Both the position numbers and the translations under genes were made by a program. From contig CM000152.2 of the NCBI GenBank assembly GCA_000004695.1, forward strand, positions 224,001 through 288,000: DNA of 64,000 nucleotides, read 5' to 3'. This document shows positions 63,423 to 64,000 of this stretch, one piece after another. Numbering within the stretch: position 1 is the stretch's first letter; every line of letters begins with the position of its first letter. Source of the DNA: Dictyostelium discoideum. Lineage: Eukaryota. A model generated the notes under the pieces. That model saw only the letters and a list, made by a program, of their open reading frames with translations. It ran no database searches and was not told where the DNA came from.

Positions 63423-64000
63423 TTATTCAGAAAAATAACTACCTTTCCAACCAACTTGAATGCCTTGTTGTTGAGCATCAATATAGATGAAAGAATCTTT
63501 ATCTAAACCAAAAGATTCAAATGCTTTTTCAGCATTTAACATATAGGAATGAGCACTATTACTAATATCGATTTTTTCATTTTCAGTTAAATTTCTAACA
63601 AATTTAGCTGGTTTACCAACCCAAAGTTCACCAGATTTAATACGAGAACCTTTGGTTAAGATTGAATTTGAACCTAAAATTGAGTTTGCTTCAACGTATG
63701 ATTCTGGTTCCAAAATTGAACCCATTCCAATCAAACAATTCTCTTCGACAGTACATGCTTCAAGTATACAACTGTGACCAATTGTTACTTGATCACCAAT
63801 GATTGTGCTGCCATTGTGGTCCAATGATATTGGCTCATTGGCTTCTCTAATGATTGTACCATCTTGAACATTTGTAAATGCACCAATATGAATGTAATTA
63901 ACGTCTGCTCTAATAACACAGTTATCCCAAACTGATGATCCTACACCTAAATTAACATTACCAATAATTGATGCTGATGGTGCTACAAATTCCCCACCTT
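63423..64000 (-). CDS. Gamma-carbonic-anhydrase-like / hexapeptide-repeat (left-handed beta-helix) protein. Its 5' end lies beyond the window.
   Basis: The minus-strand frame is open to the window edge. It reads ...KVGEFVAPSASIIGNVNLGVGSSVWDNCVIRADVNYIHIGAFTNVQDGTIIREANEPISLDHNGSTIIGDQVTIGHSCILEACTVEENCLIGMGSILEPESYVEANSILGSNSILTKGSRIKSGELWVGKPAKFVRNLTENEKIDISNSAHSYMLNAEKAFESFGL... It has repeated [LIV]-G-x-x-x-x hexapeptides and a gamma-CA / mitochondrial complex-I CA-like layout, ending with stop at 63423. Confidence 0.7.
   Translation of the reverse strand, partial: GGEFVAPSASIIGNVNLGVGSSVWDNCVIRADVNYIHIGAFTNVQDGTIIREANEPISLDHNGSTIIGDQVTIGHSCILEACTVEENCLIGMGSILEPESYVEANSILGSNSILTKGSRIKSGELWVGKPAKFVRNLTENEKIDISNSAHSYMLNAEKAFESFGLDKDSFIYIDAQQQGIQVGWKGSYFSE

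Overview
This 64 kb window is eukaryotic nuclear DNA from a dictyostelid social amoeba, almost certainly Dictyostelium discoideum. I found no prokaryotic operons, CRISPR arrays, rRNA, tRNA or recognisable transposons.

Evidence for the assignment:
- Noncoding DNA is about 85-90% A+T with long poly(A)/poly(T) tracts.
- Coding regions carry long in-frame AAT/CAA/GAA/TCA trinucleotide runs that translate to poly-N, poly-Q, poly-E and poly-S.
- Introns are short (80-150 nt) and AT-rich, with GTAAGT/GTATGT/GTAAAT donors and AG acceptors.
- There is a Dicty_CTDC cysteine-repeat gene, and a dynamin whose spliced length and QNS-rich insert match dynamin A.

Genes are densely packed on both strands (about one per 2.3 kb).

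Confidently recognisable genes:
- dynamin A (dymA, 2 exons, 853 aa)
- mitochondrial trans-2-enoyl-CoA reductase (mecr, 2 exons, 350 aa)
- 6-phosphogluconate dehydrogenase (gnd)
- an Amt-family ammonium transporter (2 exons)
- pyridoxamine-5'-phosphate oxidase
- an acetyl-CoA-synthetase-like enzyme
- a gamma-carbonic-anhydrase-like hexapeptide protein (runs off the window end)
- two tandem EXD2-like paralogues (DEDDy 3'-5' exonuclease plus C-terminal HNH-like Cys/His module)

Several multi-exon genes are invisible to the six-frame ORF track and were built by hand:
- a 3-exon secreted Dicty_CTDC repeat protein
- a 3-exon small C2-domain protein
- a 5-exon UEV/AKTIP-like inactive E2
- a 7-exon PTB/hnRNP-L-like four-RRM protein
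- a 3-exon ankyrin-kinase
- a 2-exon gene joining the 190-aa and 730-aa minus-strand ORFs
- a 2-exon GH18-like gene
- a putative transcription factor with a Rel-homology-like domain followed by an IPT/TIG domain

Notable oddities:
- A tandem duplication of the acetyl-CoA-synthetase-like gene; the upstream copy has lost about 950 bp of its core and is a pseudogene.
- At least six single-nucleotide frame disruptions inside otherwise well-conserved exons: the kinase (2), the PTB-like gene (3) and an S/P/H-rich ORF (1). These mean either local pseudogenisation or indel errors in this assembly.
- Extreme homopolymeric coding tracts: about 55 E (GAA repeats), 36 Q, 35 N and 37 S.
- An FG/GFGG-repeat region suggesting a nucleoporin-like protein.
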